Shown piece after piece: positions 22,701-35,500 of a stretch of 64,000 nucleotides of DNA. The DNA is from Klebsormidium nitens. Lineage: Eukaryota; Plantae; Klebsormidiophyceae. A program made the position numbers and the translations under genes. Location: NCBI GenBank assembly GCA_000708835.1, contig DF236992.1, positions 14,591 to 78,590 on the forward strand. Reading direction: 5' to 3'. The notes below the pieces were generated by a model that did not search any database, was not told where the DNA came from, and saw only the letters and a list, made by a program, of their open reading frames with translations. Every line of letters begins with the position of its first letter. The stretch's first letter is position 1.

Positions 22701-24536
22701 AGAAATCTGCTTCAGAGGAAATTGTGGCCCCCTCAACCATGTCTCGATCAATTTGATGGCCAGATAATATTCTCGTGGTGAACTTTTCACTGCGGTTAGG
22801 TTAAATCGCTTCTCAACCAATACCTCTTGATCCTTGTCGACGCATCTGACCGTGGCACACGTCTTTCGTGTTTGTGGTGAGGCCTTTTCCCTCAACCTCT
22901 AAGAAGTGTCTCCTTGTCGGTCTTCGTCGGGTGCCTACTACACGACAGTCCAAGCAAACACTCCCGGGGCGACCGAGCCACAGAATCAGCCGGTACTTTG
23001 ACCTAGCGGAGCCAACAACCCAACCCGATCTCAAAGCTGTCTTTCAAGCAATCAAGCCAAAAGTGACTTTCTGTGATCTACCCCTACAGGGATTGCGGGC
23101 ACGTGGGGTTACCTGAGCCCCGAGTATATGGCCGCCGGGCAGCTGACGGAGAAGGCTGACGTGTACAGCTTCGGGGTGGTGCTGCTGACGTTGCTGGCCG
23201 GCCGACGGCCTCAGTTACCAGACGCACCAGCGGACGAGGTGCGGACACGTGGCTACTCGATCCTTATGACACGTGGCTACTGGAATGTTGACACAACCTT
23301 GTTCTGTGTGCCCCAGATTTGTCCTTGTGCTCTGCTTCTTTGTTTTGAGCAAGAGGAAAGAACAGGGAGCACTCTCATCTCTTTAAAGCTGGATGCAGAG
23401 GCTAAATTTGGATGAGTAGGCGAGTGATTCGGATGTGCATAGTGTTCCACCATCCAAGCGGTTGTTTTCTCGGAGGATCAGGGGATCATCTTTCTAGATG
23501 TACAATCGTACTGTTGTCGTAGATTTTATGAAGCGGACAGTTACCTTGCTGCCCTGAATCGCATGTTGAAAGCATGGCGCTGGTGCCTGCGAGTTCCCTT
23601 CTCACGCTTTCCATACTTCATTCAGGTTTTCTTGCCGGAGTGGGCTTGGAGTCTGGCGGAACGGAATGAGCTGGGGCTGCTAATTGATCCGCGGCTCGAG
23701 AAGGAACGGAACGAACACGGCGACAGCATGGACCGGATGACAAGGGTAAGAAGTGTTCTGTAACGGAAAGAAGTTACTCGTTTTCAATTGCATATCATTG
23801 GTAGCTTCTGTCGCTCTCCTACGATTCAGCTCGGAGTCGTACCTTCCTAAGAGTCGGCTCCAATAGGCTGGTCGCTCGCACTTCGTGTGGCTTCTCTCAA
23901 GTACCTTTGGTCGTACTCTGAAAAGCGTACGGTCAGATGAAGGATGCTGAATGAGGCTTATAAAGGTCCGCACGGTTTCAGGGGCGTGTCTTTCTCGAGG
24001 AAGCTTGTCTGAAAGGATGGACGAGTTCGGAGGATATGAGAAGCCAGTGCTTAAGTGGCAAGGCTCGTAATGAGAAAGCCTGTTCTCAGCACATGCGGTT
24101 TATTTACTCGTCTGAAGACTTTAGTCCTAGGAGACGCCTTTAGTTGTGCTTCTCGATCCAGCTTGCCCACGAGAGCAATTTTCAATCAGTATTGACGCAC
24201 ACCTTTTGGAACGCTGCAGTACATATGCGTAGTGCCCAGCGAATGAGCTACGTCTGGACAGAATCTGCGCGTATCTGAAGCATGTACTCTGTTATTTCAC
24301 TGACTTCAGCTTTCGTTTTGCGCACGTGCCAGCTCGCCCTCTTTTGCGTCCACACCGCCACCGCCATCCGCCCAAGCATGCGTCGGTGCGCGGACATTCT
24401 TACAAACAGTCTAGAGGTTCCGCCCCTTCCTTATCGACCCGTGACCCTCCATACGATCGCGTCCATGTCGTCGTCCGACTCCTCAGCGGTCGCCTCAGCT
24501 GTTACTGATCCCAGTAGCCGACACTCATTGGACTAG
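16714..24536 (+). CDS. Receptor-like kinase: signal peptide, two SPARK-type Cys-rich ectodomains, TM, RLK/Pelle RD kinase; ~845 aa, 12 exons (16714-16912, 17393-17511, 17838-18045, 18419-18541, 19104-19372, 19993-20742, 21341-21432, 21940-22108, 22494-22629, 23090-23238, 23626-23745, 24333-24536)
   Basis: Kinase motifs [60 protein letters not shown] and [14 protein letters not shown] segment [25 protein letters not shown]. Hydrophobic N-terminal signal peptide. All splice phases are consistent; the exon 3 acceptor could alternatively be ~17891. Confidence 0.93.
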
Positions 24537-25690
24537 AGGCTGACGGTCAGATTACGAGTAGTAAGTGTGCGAAAGAAAGCTTTGTTTCAGCGATTGGGGA
24601 AGGTCGTATGTAATCCAAGCTTGATCATAGATTGCGTCAAAATGCCTAAACAAGGAATGAGTTCATCATGTCTAAACGGTCTACCAGACAAGCGGAAAAG
24701 TGGCGTATTTATTTGGACTGAGTTAGATATGCGGCCAAGAATGTTCTGAAACGTCCCTAGCTGAAGGACCGTTTGTAAACAGGACTTGATAACGCGAGCT
24801 ATATTACGTTGATAAAATTCAAAAGTGTGTGGTAACGACAGGCCTGCGACCTTATGGAAGCGCCAGGCCCCTATGGTTCATAGGCTATGCCGGAGGGGTC
24901 GGGGGTCGGGATGCCCGGCCCCGGCGGTGAAGTGACCGGGCTGGGTTGGGTGGAAATGCAAGGTCGCGCCAACTGCGCCTCAGGCTTGCGAGGCGCGGCG
25001 GGGCCTCGCAAGCGCGGCCGCGGCACGTGAACCGCTGGTGTCATATGATAACGCTTCACGGTGAAGATGATTGGAGACTATATGCGAAGGAGGATCTATA
25101 ATTCAAGGACGCTTGTGGCGCCGCGAGCTTTGCTCAACAGCAAGTGGCAGCAATTCAATAAAGGGCAAGAATCCAAGAGCTAGGGGAAAAGCACTCGGGT
25201 CTGTCTCAATGCATATGGTTGTCGCAATGGTTCAGACTATGCACTTGCACTGAGCGGCGCACGGCTTGCACTTCCATTCGTGTCGACCATGAGATTCGCT
25301 CGATCTAGTTGACCGCTGCTTTGCTGTGCTGCGCTGCCAAGTGCCAAATATCATAGGCTCTCGCTCACTCTCAAAGTTTTACTACCGACGTCAGTTTGGC
25401 ACGCTTTGGCGGGCGTACTTAGGATTGACTTCAACGGCCAGCTTACGAGTAGCTTTCTGGAATTGAATACAGCCCGTTTGCGTGCGGCTTGCACGGTATA
25501 CAGAAAAGCATGAAGCAATTGCGCCCTCTCTCCTCCCTATCATAATCAGCGAAGCACTCATCTCTCGGAGCAAAGTCAGCAAACCGCTTATTGGATCCGA
25601 GTCGAGCCGCGAGTTGAGTCGAGCCGCGAATATAAGCTTCAGAGACAACTCCAAGTCGATTACAAGAACTTCTGGCATCTCGAGCCTTCA

Positions 25691-27831
25691 CTATCGATCC
25701 TGCCCCGGCGGAAGCGTCAACGGTTGAGGAATCGCGCCGGCCTGTGATGTCGTGACATTGTTGTACGCGAGCCACGCGCGCTTGGCGACGCCCTCCCGCA
25801 TCTCCAGACGCGCCACGTGGCGCTCCATCTCTCGCCGCAGATCAATAAGCCGCACCTGGAAGGCGCTGTACACGGCGTTGTGCTCCTTCATGTCTTCTGC
25901 AGGGAAGCAAAAAGTATTGCAGTCTGGGGGGCAGGATGAGAGACGAAAACGCTAGCTGAGGTCTGGAGCAGCCCAGAGGCGCCGCAAATGGCTCCGAGTT
26001 GTCTGCGGAGAAGCCTGATTGACAGGTTTCACGCCGGAAGGTAGAACAGGAGAAGCGAGCAAGACGGTCCAAGATCAACTTTACAGATGTTTTAAGGGTT
26101 TTAAGGGTACACTGCACGGACCACGAGCTGAGAAAAAGGCGACATACATAGTCCTCATGACATGAAATCTACTCAATTCCTTTTATCGGCAGTATAAAGT
26201 GTACCAAACAAGGCTGGCGATGCCCTTGCGAGGAGCAAGGGTCCATCCGGAGACTTTGCATGATCATGACTTGAGAGGCAAGTATCATGTCTTAAGGCGG
26301 ATGCACTTCAACTGAAAGGTTTTAATCAAGAGGAACAACTCGTCTGGCCGCAAGCAATCGTTGAGAAATGCGAATTGATCCGACGGCAAGAGCCGAAAGC
26401 GCGCCCAGTATCCAGCAAGTGCGAGATCTCACTCGCGTGCAGCGCGGCCGCGACTTCGATCCCGAGCCGCTCCCCAACGGCGCGCCGCTTCGCGATCGCC
26501 TCCAGCTCCGTCGCGCGCGCGTCCTCCGCCGCACGCTTCAGCGCGTCCCACTCCTTGCGCGCCCGCGCACGCGCCTTAGAGGCCAGGTAACCCAAGCTGT
26601 CGTCGAAGGCCTTCGTGGCGCCCAGCTCCTTGAAGACTTCAACGGCGTTCAGGTCGAGCTCCGGGGGCAGGACATCTGGCCAAAGAGGGACCGTTCGATG
26701 GGTTCGAGTCCGTGTCAGATGGGCACGCGCTCTTTGCTCGTTTCCCGATATTCGTAACTATGATTTCTACAATCAACTGAACTAGGCCTGACGTCTTCAA
26801 AGAGACCACAGCGTCCACCGAAAAGGACAGCGTTGTCAAAGCTTGGCTGACTCGACAAGATCCTCCTTCCATCCTTCGTGATTCTGGCCGTCTCCGATGC
26901 AATTGAGATCTTTTCTTTTGATCTGATACCGATCATCGGTGCGATCAAAAGACTTTGCACATGTCGTGTGACTGGGAGGCCGTCCGCGGCACGCTATGAT
27001 CGGGTCAAGTCGTAAAAGCAAGTTTGGACAAGAGATGAGAATTTGCGTGCAAAGGCATTCTCTGTTTCCGTGCCGATCACCGTGCTGGCTCCTGATCCAC
27101 CCAAAACAAGTTACTCATTGCTTCGAACCCACACTGGCTATCAAAACGCTCCGGTGGCCCCAAAGCTTTGAAGCACGGCGCGAATAAGAGCTGCCTTGAG
27201 TTACTTTAGTGTCTGGCGAAGCGCCTTAGAAAAAATCGTATTCAGCAGGCCGGGGCGACTTACCGAGCAGATCCATGATCGCCCACATGCACCGTTCCTT
27301 TGCCTCCTTCACCCCCTTACACCCCCCCTTTTCCCCGGCCATTTCGGTCCCCTGGCCAGCGCTCTCGGACTCCAGACCCTCCCGGTCGTCAGCATCTGAC
27401 ACGTGGCGCCGTCCCCGCTTGTTCGCCCGCGCGCGCAGCGAGTACACCAACGCCTCGATTGCCTCCTGCTCGCCGTCCCCGCCGATGTGAACAGGCCCCT
27501 GCGCGCGCGCAGCATTGCGGGGCGCATTCGCACACTTCCCCTTCCGGCCCCGCGGCGAGCCGAGGCCTTCGCTCTTGTTCCGCTGGTTCGCCGCTTCCGC
27601 CAGGACCCAGGCCGCTTCCTCGGGGCGGATTCCGGCGGAGAACTTGCCATCTCTTTTCCGGTTCTGCCGTTCCGCCACTAGCTGATGCAGCGTCTTTCCG
27701 TCCGATCCGTTTCCGTCTCCTTCCGCTCGTCCCGTTCCGCCACTCCGCTTTGCTGGCTTCCGAACGCGCTTGATTCCTTGGGTGTGGGTCTCTGCGGCAG
27801 TCGCAAGCGCTTCCATGCCTCCGTCTTCCAT
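25691..27831 (-). CDS. Uncharacterised ~338-aa charged/coiled-coil protein; exons 27831-27264, 26675-26433, 25896-25691 (5' end uncertain)
   Basis: Phase-consistent GT-AG joins (MDLL|DVLPPELDL...ALHA|KDMKEHNAVYSAFQVRLIDLRREME) and GC-rich coding composition. No family recognised. Confidence 0.7.
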
Positions 27832-28055
27832 TCCTTTCCGCTTCTTCCGGCGTTCTGGTTTGCCTTCCTTCTTCGCCTCCTTCTTTTGTTGTCCTGCCAG
27901 AGACCGGCATTCTCGTCAAGACGCATAGACACATCGCTTCTCGAGACCAATCTTTTCACGCATCGTTTCGCTTCCTTTCAACATTTCTGTTCTCGGCAAA
28001 TGAAAATGTAAAGTGAGATGTGATGCTGACGATTGACCACTCGTCGACAATAGTT

Positions 28056-29565
28056 TCATGCGGTCCAACGTGATTCAAGCGACGTGACAAGGTCTGAAAG
28101 CCTGGAGAAAAGATTCCGAGACTTTTTAAATCCCGGTCTGACATTATATGAACTCCGTTCAAGGACAATCAAAGATCCATTTTAGATCCCCACGGTCTGT
28201 CAAAGACTTACATGAGTGACTTGATCTGGACCTGATCGACGTTAGTTATTTTATGCATTCAAGGAAGGCTTTAATTTCTCTCTTACCAGACTTTTGCTGC
28301 AAGCTGGTTGTAGGCAACCTGCTGCAAGAAGGTGGCGTTTCCTATCTGATCGTGCCGAAAGCTCTCCAGTACGAGGGCCGGCTTGCCGGCTTGGTCCTTG
28401 GTAGACAACAAGCAAGGAATCGCGTCGCACAATCGTGGACCCCAGAACGGATCGCTTGCATTCATAGGAGCCAATACGAGCCGATACGAGCAATACGTGC
28501 ATCGTTTGCCTTGACGAACGAACAAACGACACACCTGATAAGCGGGCTTCTGCCTTAATTTTAAGACCCTAGAACCCCTCAACCCCTGAAACAATAACCC
28601 TAAAATCTTGGGTTCTGACATCCAGACGGTCAAAACTTACTGGGCACCGGGGTCTCTCCCCGCACCCTCGTCTCCAGGGCCCCCTTGGTCGGTGCCCCGA
28701 GCGCCATCTTCGCGCAGATGATCCTCTTTAGCTCCTTCACTCGGACCGTCTTCCTGTGGACGTCGTTCTCCCCGGTCACGATGAAGTGCACCAGCGACAG
28801 CAGTGGCTGGTTCATCGCCCAGACCGCGTCGGCGTCCAACCGCGCGCGCTCGCGCTCGAGGCGCGCGCGCAGCGCGGCCGCGCCGCGCGCCTTGACCGCC
28901 TCCTCCATCGCGTACAGCAGGCCGCGGTCGTTGTTGACGGCCCAGTTGAGCGCGCTCCATTTCGGGGGGTCGCTCACCAGGTCTTCCAACAGCTGCTCGA
29001 CGGGGGGGAGCGCGCAGCTGGCGGCCGGCTTTTGGTCGGGGTTTAGCGCGGGGTTTGGGCTGGGATCTCGGGCGGGGTTGAGGGTGATGGGACTGGTGCC
29101 GCCGTTTGAAGAGGAATCCGGGTTAGAGTGAGGGTCGAGCTTTGAGTCGAGGCGACTGGTGCCAGGATCGATGTCCGGGAAGGGGTCTGAGCCAGGCTTT
29201 ACGTCAGCGATTCGAGCGGAATCTTGTGCGGCATTCTGAGCGGACTCCGCGCCAACTTCGAGCGCGAGGTTTGGCTGATCATGTTCTGGAATGGCCGAAT
29301 TCACAGCGAATTCTTCCTCAGGCTTGGATTGATGCGTAGAGTTTTGCGCAGCTTGAAAACCCTGCGCGGGGTTTGGGCCCTGGCTGCGGCGCTCGTCGGA
29401 CGTGGGCGGGGTGTCGGGGAAAAGTGGCCGGGACAGTGCTGGCGACATAATCCCGGGCGCAGCTTGAGGTTCAGATTTGGGAGTGAGGCAGGGGCTTGTG
29501 CCTGGGGCGAATTCTGCTGCAGGACTCGTGGTCGGGGAAGTCTCCCGGGCTGTGCCAGTCGCCAT
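28056..29565 (-). CDS. Uncharacterised ~351-aa protein with a Pro/Ser-rich N-half and a helical C-terminal domain; exons 29565-28666, 28396-28287, 28101-28056
   Basis: 311-codon ORF plus two in-phase downstream exons (ALETR|DQAGKPALVLESFRHDQ...AAKVW|LSDLVTSLESRWTA*). No family recognised. Confidence 0.72.
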
Positions 29566-32502
29566 TTCGCGTTGGAACTTAACGGGATGTTCTTCGTCAG
29601 CTTCGCGGCGCTTTTGTCCGAGAAACGGCTCTAGAGCGTGTTACCTGGAAGGAAAGAGGAAGGCGCTTTGGACTGGGTCCGTTGTATTGTTTGGTTTCTT
29701 GGCGAAATGAAGTGACGAAAGCGTGATGCTTTTTGGCACAGTGGAGAATTTGTGGGACTACATTTCATAGTGTCTGCTTTTAGGCTCAAGAGAGACAACG
29801 TAGATTTTAGGCAGAATTTCGGATCTCTATTTCCTCAGTGAGAAGGCCCGTATAGGACATAATCAATGTCGAAGATATTCCTCAGAGGTCAGTCCAGCAC
29901 ATCATGCTTACTCAGATCAGCCCGATACGGCATCAATTTCAAAAGATGCCAATTCAGGCTACAACGAGAGGGCACTAACAAGAATCAGCAACTGAGCTTA
30001 AAGACAAAAGAAAGGTTCATCCCTTACAATGATCACCGTGTTCTTCCACTCTTTTGAACCCTAAGCAGCAGGGATTAGACGTGCTTTGAGCTTCTGTCTT
30101 TCTCGACGCCAATCTACAACACAACAGATCGTCTAAGCACTCCAAACTCGAGTTCGAGAAGAATCATGACAAATCCACGTCAAGGTGCACAGAAGAACCT
30201 CTAATGAGACCTCGGAGACTCTTTACCTCGTATTTACAGCTTCGACTGCCAGACTGCTGAAAATCAAGACAAGAACTAACATGCCTATGCTAAGAATTGC
30301 TCCTGCGAAAATCTGGTGGGGCGTCAGCTTTGATCCTCCTCCAATCAATCACGGTGCCTGACAATTCTTCTCAGGGATCCGTGTTTCATCGCAAACCCCT
30401 CGAAACCTCCCGAATCATCAGCAAAACCTTGGACTCAAAATCAAGTCAATTCAGCTTGAGATTCAAACGTAGATCGTCCATTTTGGTGATAAAGCCTTGC
30501 AAACCAGGGTTATAGAATCGGTCACCGACTGATGGCATTTCGGACTTGAGTATGGGAAGCGACGAAAGCGATCCTTGTTCCCAAGAACAAAATCATCAAG
30601 GAAGCCGGAGGCAATGGTAACGCATGCAAGGATCTTCAGAAAACAGTCTTGCTAACCTTCAAAAAGGTGTCAAAGGCTCTTCTCGAAACTTCGAAGCAGC
30701 ATGCGCGAAAGCCTTTCTATTTCACGAGAAAGAGAAATGCGATTCAGCGGAAACCCCCATGGGAATCCTCAGCGCCTGACTACGCAGTATGACTGCGCGT
30801 CGTCGCTTTGCTTCTTAAGAAACAAGCTTCTTCGTTTGAACTGGCCCCAACATATACGAAGCCCTTTGCCAGGTGGTATTCGTATCATTTGCAAGGACAT
30901 ATGGTTGATTGGCACTCACCACAATCAAGCAGCTCGCTCCAAACTCCATGCATGTGCTCCGCTTCGCAGATCCAACCGTCCTGCTGTCAAGGCCATTTCA
31001 CGTCGTTGAGATCAGCGCCCGAGCCAGATCTGAAGAAACAACTCCTTTAGCTGCCCCTTAATATTGTGTCTACTTGACTTCGTGCCTTATTTGCTCCTCA
31101 AAAAGGCCTTCAGCACAATTGGTCCTTGTGAAACTCGCAATTACCCTAAGGATCCTCGTGGGTGGATCCTGGCTTAACCCTCCTGCTGCTTACCGGCGCA
31201 ACTTGACATCCATAGGGTTCAATAAGAGGCGATTTGATGAATGGTCTCTTTTCCAAGTCCCGCCTGCGCAAAAGGCCTACGCGCTTAAACCTCGTGGCCT
31301 AAGTGAGGGGTGTCGTCGCCACAGAGGAAAGATAGCTGAAAGTGGTGAGGTCAAAACCCGGTAAGCCTCAAGTCGCGTTCAGCTCGCTCTGAGAAGTTTC
31401 CAGTCTTCTACGAGATCGCGCAGGTTGCAGCGCAAATTGAACTCTTGCTTCTTGTGTTCACAATCCTGACAAATTTGACACTCCGATCACTTGGTGCGTG
31501 CTCCAAACGATTCAGACAGGCTTTCCGCCCGCCCGCGCTGACTACTTCTTGAACAACCCCACAACTCACAGCTGTTGGAAGTGTCAACTTCCACGTCGAT
31601 TGACGTCAGCATCCGGAAGACGGGTTAAACGCAGGCGCGACTATTGTCAACGAAGGCAATCGAAAGACTGGATGGGGCTGGTCAGCGAAAAGTTTGGATT
31701 AGATTTGGGTTAGCGGGCTGGGTTGGATGTCGTCACTTTCCCTCTGCTTTGACAGGGTCACTGCTTCAGGAGAGTTTGAGATCGGGTCCTCGTGAATCCG
31801 GAGTCGGGGCAATATTGCGATCTCGCAAGGAACATGCTGAGAAATGCTAAAAGTGCGTGCCGCGCCGATTGCAGAATGCAATTTGCTGACCCCTCGATCG
31901 ATCCACTATATCAACGATTGTGCGTCTATACTACGAGCTTTTCGTCCTTTTCAAATCCAACTTTTGTTGAACCCCTCAGGTAATTGCCTATACAGCCTAT
32001 ACCTACCAATGCAGCATGCTTTTGAATGTCCTTCTAGCTGCATGCGCACTCGGCGAAGTACCCGCGGAGTCGCGCGAAGATCCTTATATATAGTTGATAG
32101 GAGAGGGCCGCTTATACAGTTATGCATTTCCTTCAAAATTTCAAACAATGCACATATATCACCGAGCGAAAAACATGCATATGTACAAAACGCTTATTGG
32201 CTTATAAACTTCTATAATGTATACATGAGTTGCACAAAGATCCTGATTGCGGTTGGTCAAGAGACTGCTGCACGCAGCTCCTCAACATGAGCCAAATAAA
32301 TGAGGAACGATCAATCGTCGTCATGCGCATGTGACGAGAAGATTGCTTTGCAGCATGCAGTCGGGACGACCAAGCCTTTTTGGTGACAGACCGTCTATAA
32401 CATCACCCTAGCTCTGTTGCTGATCCATTTACACAATGTTCACTGCTGAATTGGGCGTGACGCGGTTACTCGCACTTTTTTGCGATTATGGCAATCAGAA
32501 AA

Positions 32503-35500
32503 TCATAGCAACGTGTCTTCCATCTGCCTTTCCTCTTCTTCTCGCAAACCCGCGCTGCCGTGACGAGCCCCCGTTACCGACGCGACTGTTTCAGCCGCCA
32601 GTCTGCTTGCTAATCGCACAATCGACGGCGAAGCGCCGCTCCTTTCTCTAGGGCTGACACTAGCCGAAACCGGATCGCTGTAACGCCGGGGACGAACCAA
32701 GCGCTCTCCGTTACTTTCAACGGGGCTCGTGTGCCGCCTCGATCGTTCTGCGGTGTCCAGATCCCCACCGCTTTTGACAACACGATCTGGATGGGTGATA
32801 AATCCTTCGTACGAGGTCCGTAAGGGTTCCGGGGGCTGATTCCGGTGCAACAACGGCTCATCACCGGAACCACCGGAATTCTGCGAGACAAGTGGCTGCA
32901 CGGTAAGAGCTCCCGCCTCCTCGGAACGTCTAGAGCTTCCCGCGGCGCCGACCAAACCCGCCTCGTTCGGATGTTCCGCTAAAGGACCCGACAGCCGTTT
33001 TCTACCACTACTCCCTCCAGAACTCTCTTCTTCGAAACTCGTTCCCACCGCTTCAAAGTCCTTAACCTCGATACCCTGAGCTTTCTCCTCTTCCTGGTAA
33101 ATGTCAGGGGCTTCCGATTCGGTCGCTCCGGGGGGGTGGATCGGCGGGCGTTTCGAGGGGGGGCTCAAGCGCGCGAGCTGTGCGAAGGTGGAAACTTCGG
33201 AGATGCCCATCAGGCGCAGCTGGGCGGACTCGCCGGCCTCCTGAACCAGCGCCGCCTTCAGCGCCGCGAACTGCGGGGACTTGTAGAAGTCCTTCTCCAA
33301 GTTCTGCGAGGAGGAGGCGAGAACAGGGTCTAAGGACGGAAGCAAAGAGCCCTTCCTTCTGACATGTCGAAGTCTTTTTCCGCATACTGCAAAGGCGAGA
33401 CGGAAAGCGAATTGGTTGATGGAAGCAAAGAGAAGTCCTATTCCAAGTTGTGCAAACGCGAGGCTAGCACAAGTTCTATTGTCGGAAAGAAAGAGCCCGT
33501 GCTGATGGCTGCAGGTCAAGCATTAACTGCCCAGAGGTTGCAATGTCCAGTTCTGAATGAAGCCTGTCGTGGATGTTGTCTCTTGCTGTCTCACCCAAGG
33601 TCTGAAAGGCGGAAGACGTGTTGCAGGTAGCCCGAACAGTGACAGCTTTACTGCGGTCGCCTTAAGAAATATTGCATCGTTACTTTCTGCGCGCATCCAG
33701 GAACAATCAGAAAGCCTCTAAACATCTCAAGGGGACACACATCCCAATCAGGATGAGGTAAGACACACAACAGGCTCGCAAACTCCCCTCGCGAGCTTGT
33801 TCCCAGTGAACGGGACTCACGCGACAAAAGGTCCGCAACGGAGGATTAAGGAAATTGATGTAGGAGGACCTTCCGCCGTTGGTAGGTGAGTGATTCGCGG
33901 CGTGTCCGTAAACATAGATACAGAAAGAGCGCCCGTTCCAAACAGACGGAAAGAATGCTGAACCGACCGCTCACACGAGGCTCCCAAGATCTCGTCCGCA
34001 TTTTTCTGGCACTTGCAAACCAAAAGCTCAAATTTTTGAGTCCAAAAAGGCGCCGCCTGCGCGAAAGATAGCGCCTTCAGGGTTCAAATATTCCCCTCCA
34101 ACAGGACGAGACCGCTATAGCCTACCGTCTGCATGATGCTCAGCGCCTCTCTCCGCGCTTCCCGGAAGAGGTCCTCCGCAGCCAGATCGTTGCGCCGCAG
34201 GATCTTGGCCCGCATGGCCGCCGAGATGTTGATCTGCAGGGGCGCCCCCGCGCGCACGTACTTCGCGATGACGTCATCCGCGGCGTAGATGCGCGCCTCT
34301 GGGGAGGCCACGTGTCCCGCGTCTAGCCGCCGCTCGACGGCCTCGAAGAAATGGACGCACTCTCCCGCAAGGCGACTGCAGGGAATGCTCACAGATCTCA
34401 GGAATAAAGTTTTACCGAAGAGGGGTTTGAAGGGTTCGATGCACGGAACCATCAAAGAAGGGAGGTACGGAAACTGGGAGCTGGGAGCCGCCTAAGAGAA
34501 CGGCAAAAAAACCGAAACGCGCAGCCGCGTTCATAATCAATGACGGCAAATATAAGGCAGTCTCCAGGTCAGAAACAAGAAGCTCTCCAGGTCCAAAAGC
34601 AATGAGACGGGGCGAGAAAGGAGCATTCGTTTCGGTGCATCGAGACTGCATTGAAAAGCAGACTGCATTCTTTGACAATCTTTGAAGCCCACCAGAAGAT
34701 GGGCTTTACCAGGCAAACAGAGCACGTGCCCACCTGTCGGCAAACTCTTTGAAGGCCTGCAGGAATCGCGGGAACCCGAGCAGTGTCTCCAGCCCCTCCG
34801 CCTCAAGCGCCTTCGCGGTGAGAATAGGCCCCATAGTCAGGGCGGTGTGGTCTCCTGCCGCCGCAAGTGGCGTATTTACACCGCCACCTGGCCGAAGGAG
34901 CCGCCGCACGGGGGCTTGGACGGGGACCCAGGAGAAGAGCAGGGCGGCCACGTCGGCCTGCGCACGTCAGATGGTGACGTATCAGCGATGACGTGTGAAA
35001 CGATGAGGGCAGCGAAAGATGGCCCGATCAGGCAAGCTAACATGCATACGGGAGGGAATTTGATGAAACACGATGAAGGTCGGGTAGTGGTCAAAAGTCG
35101 AAAAACGAAGGGAGCAGTAAAACAATTTACCGCTTAAGAAGTGGAAGATGTCTAGAGACAGGGGAAGATAGCAGCGCCTAGGAGAATATAAAGGAGAAGG
35201 ACAAGAAAGGAAGGAAATGAAGGGTTTGCAAATCAAGAAACAAGAAGAAAGGGTACTAAAACGGTGTGGAGCGGAAATAGAGAGGAGGAAATACGGCGAG
35301 CTTACAGCGACAATGAGAGTGAAGCGCACTGCGACCTGCAGCTGCCGCGCCGAATCGCCGGCGATGCGCTTTGCGGTCCACAGGATCAGCCAGATGCCTG
35401 CAGAGGGAATTGCGCTGAGCTTTTGAGTTGCTATGAGTCCACATGAAGATACACTCACTGTAACTCGAGAATGATTTCGTGTAAAACTTTTCGTTTCTCT

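Noticed and set aside
29866-31400. Possible pseudogene fragments between genes
   Set aside because: Stop-interrupted frames with no identifiable homology.
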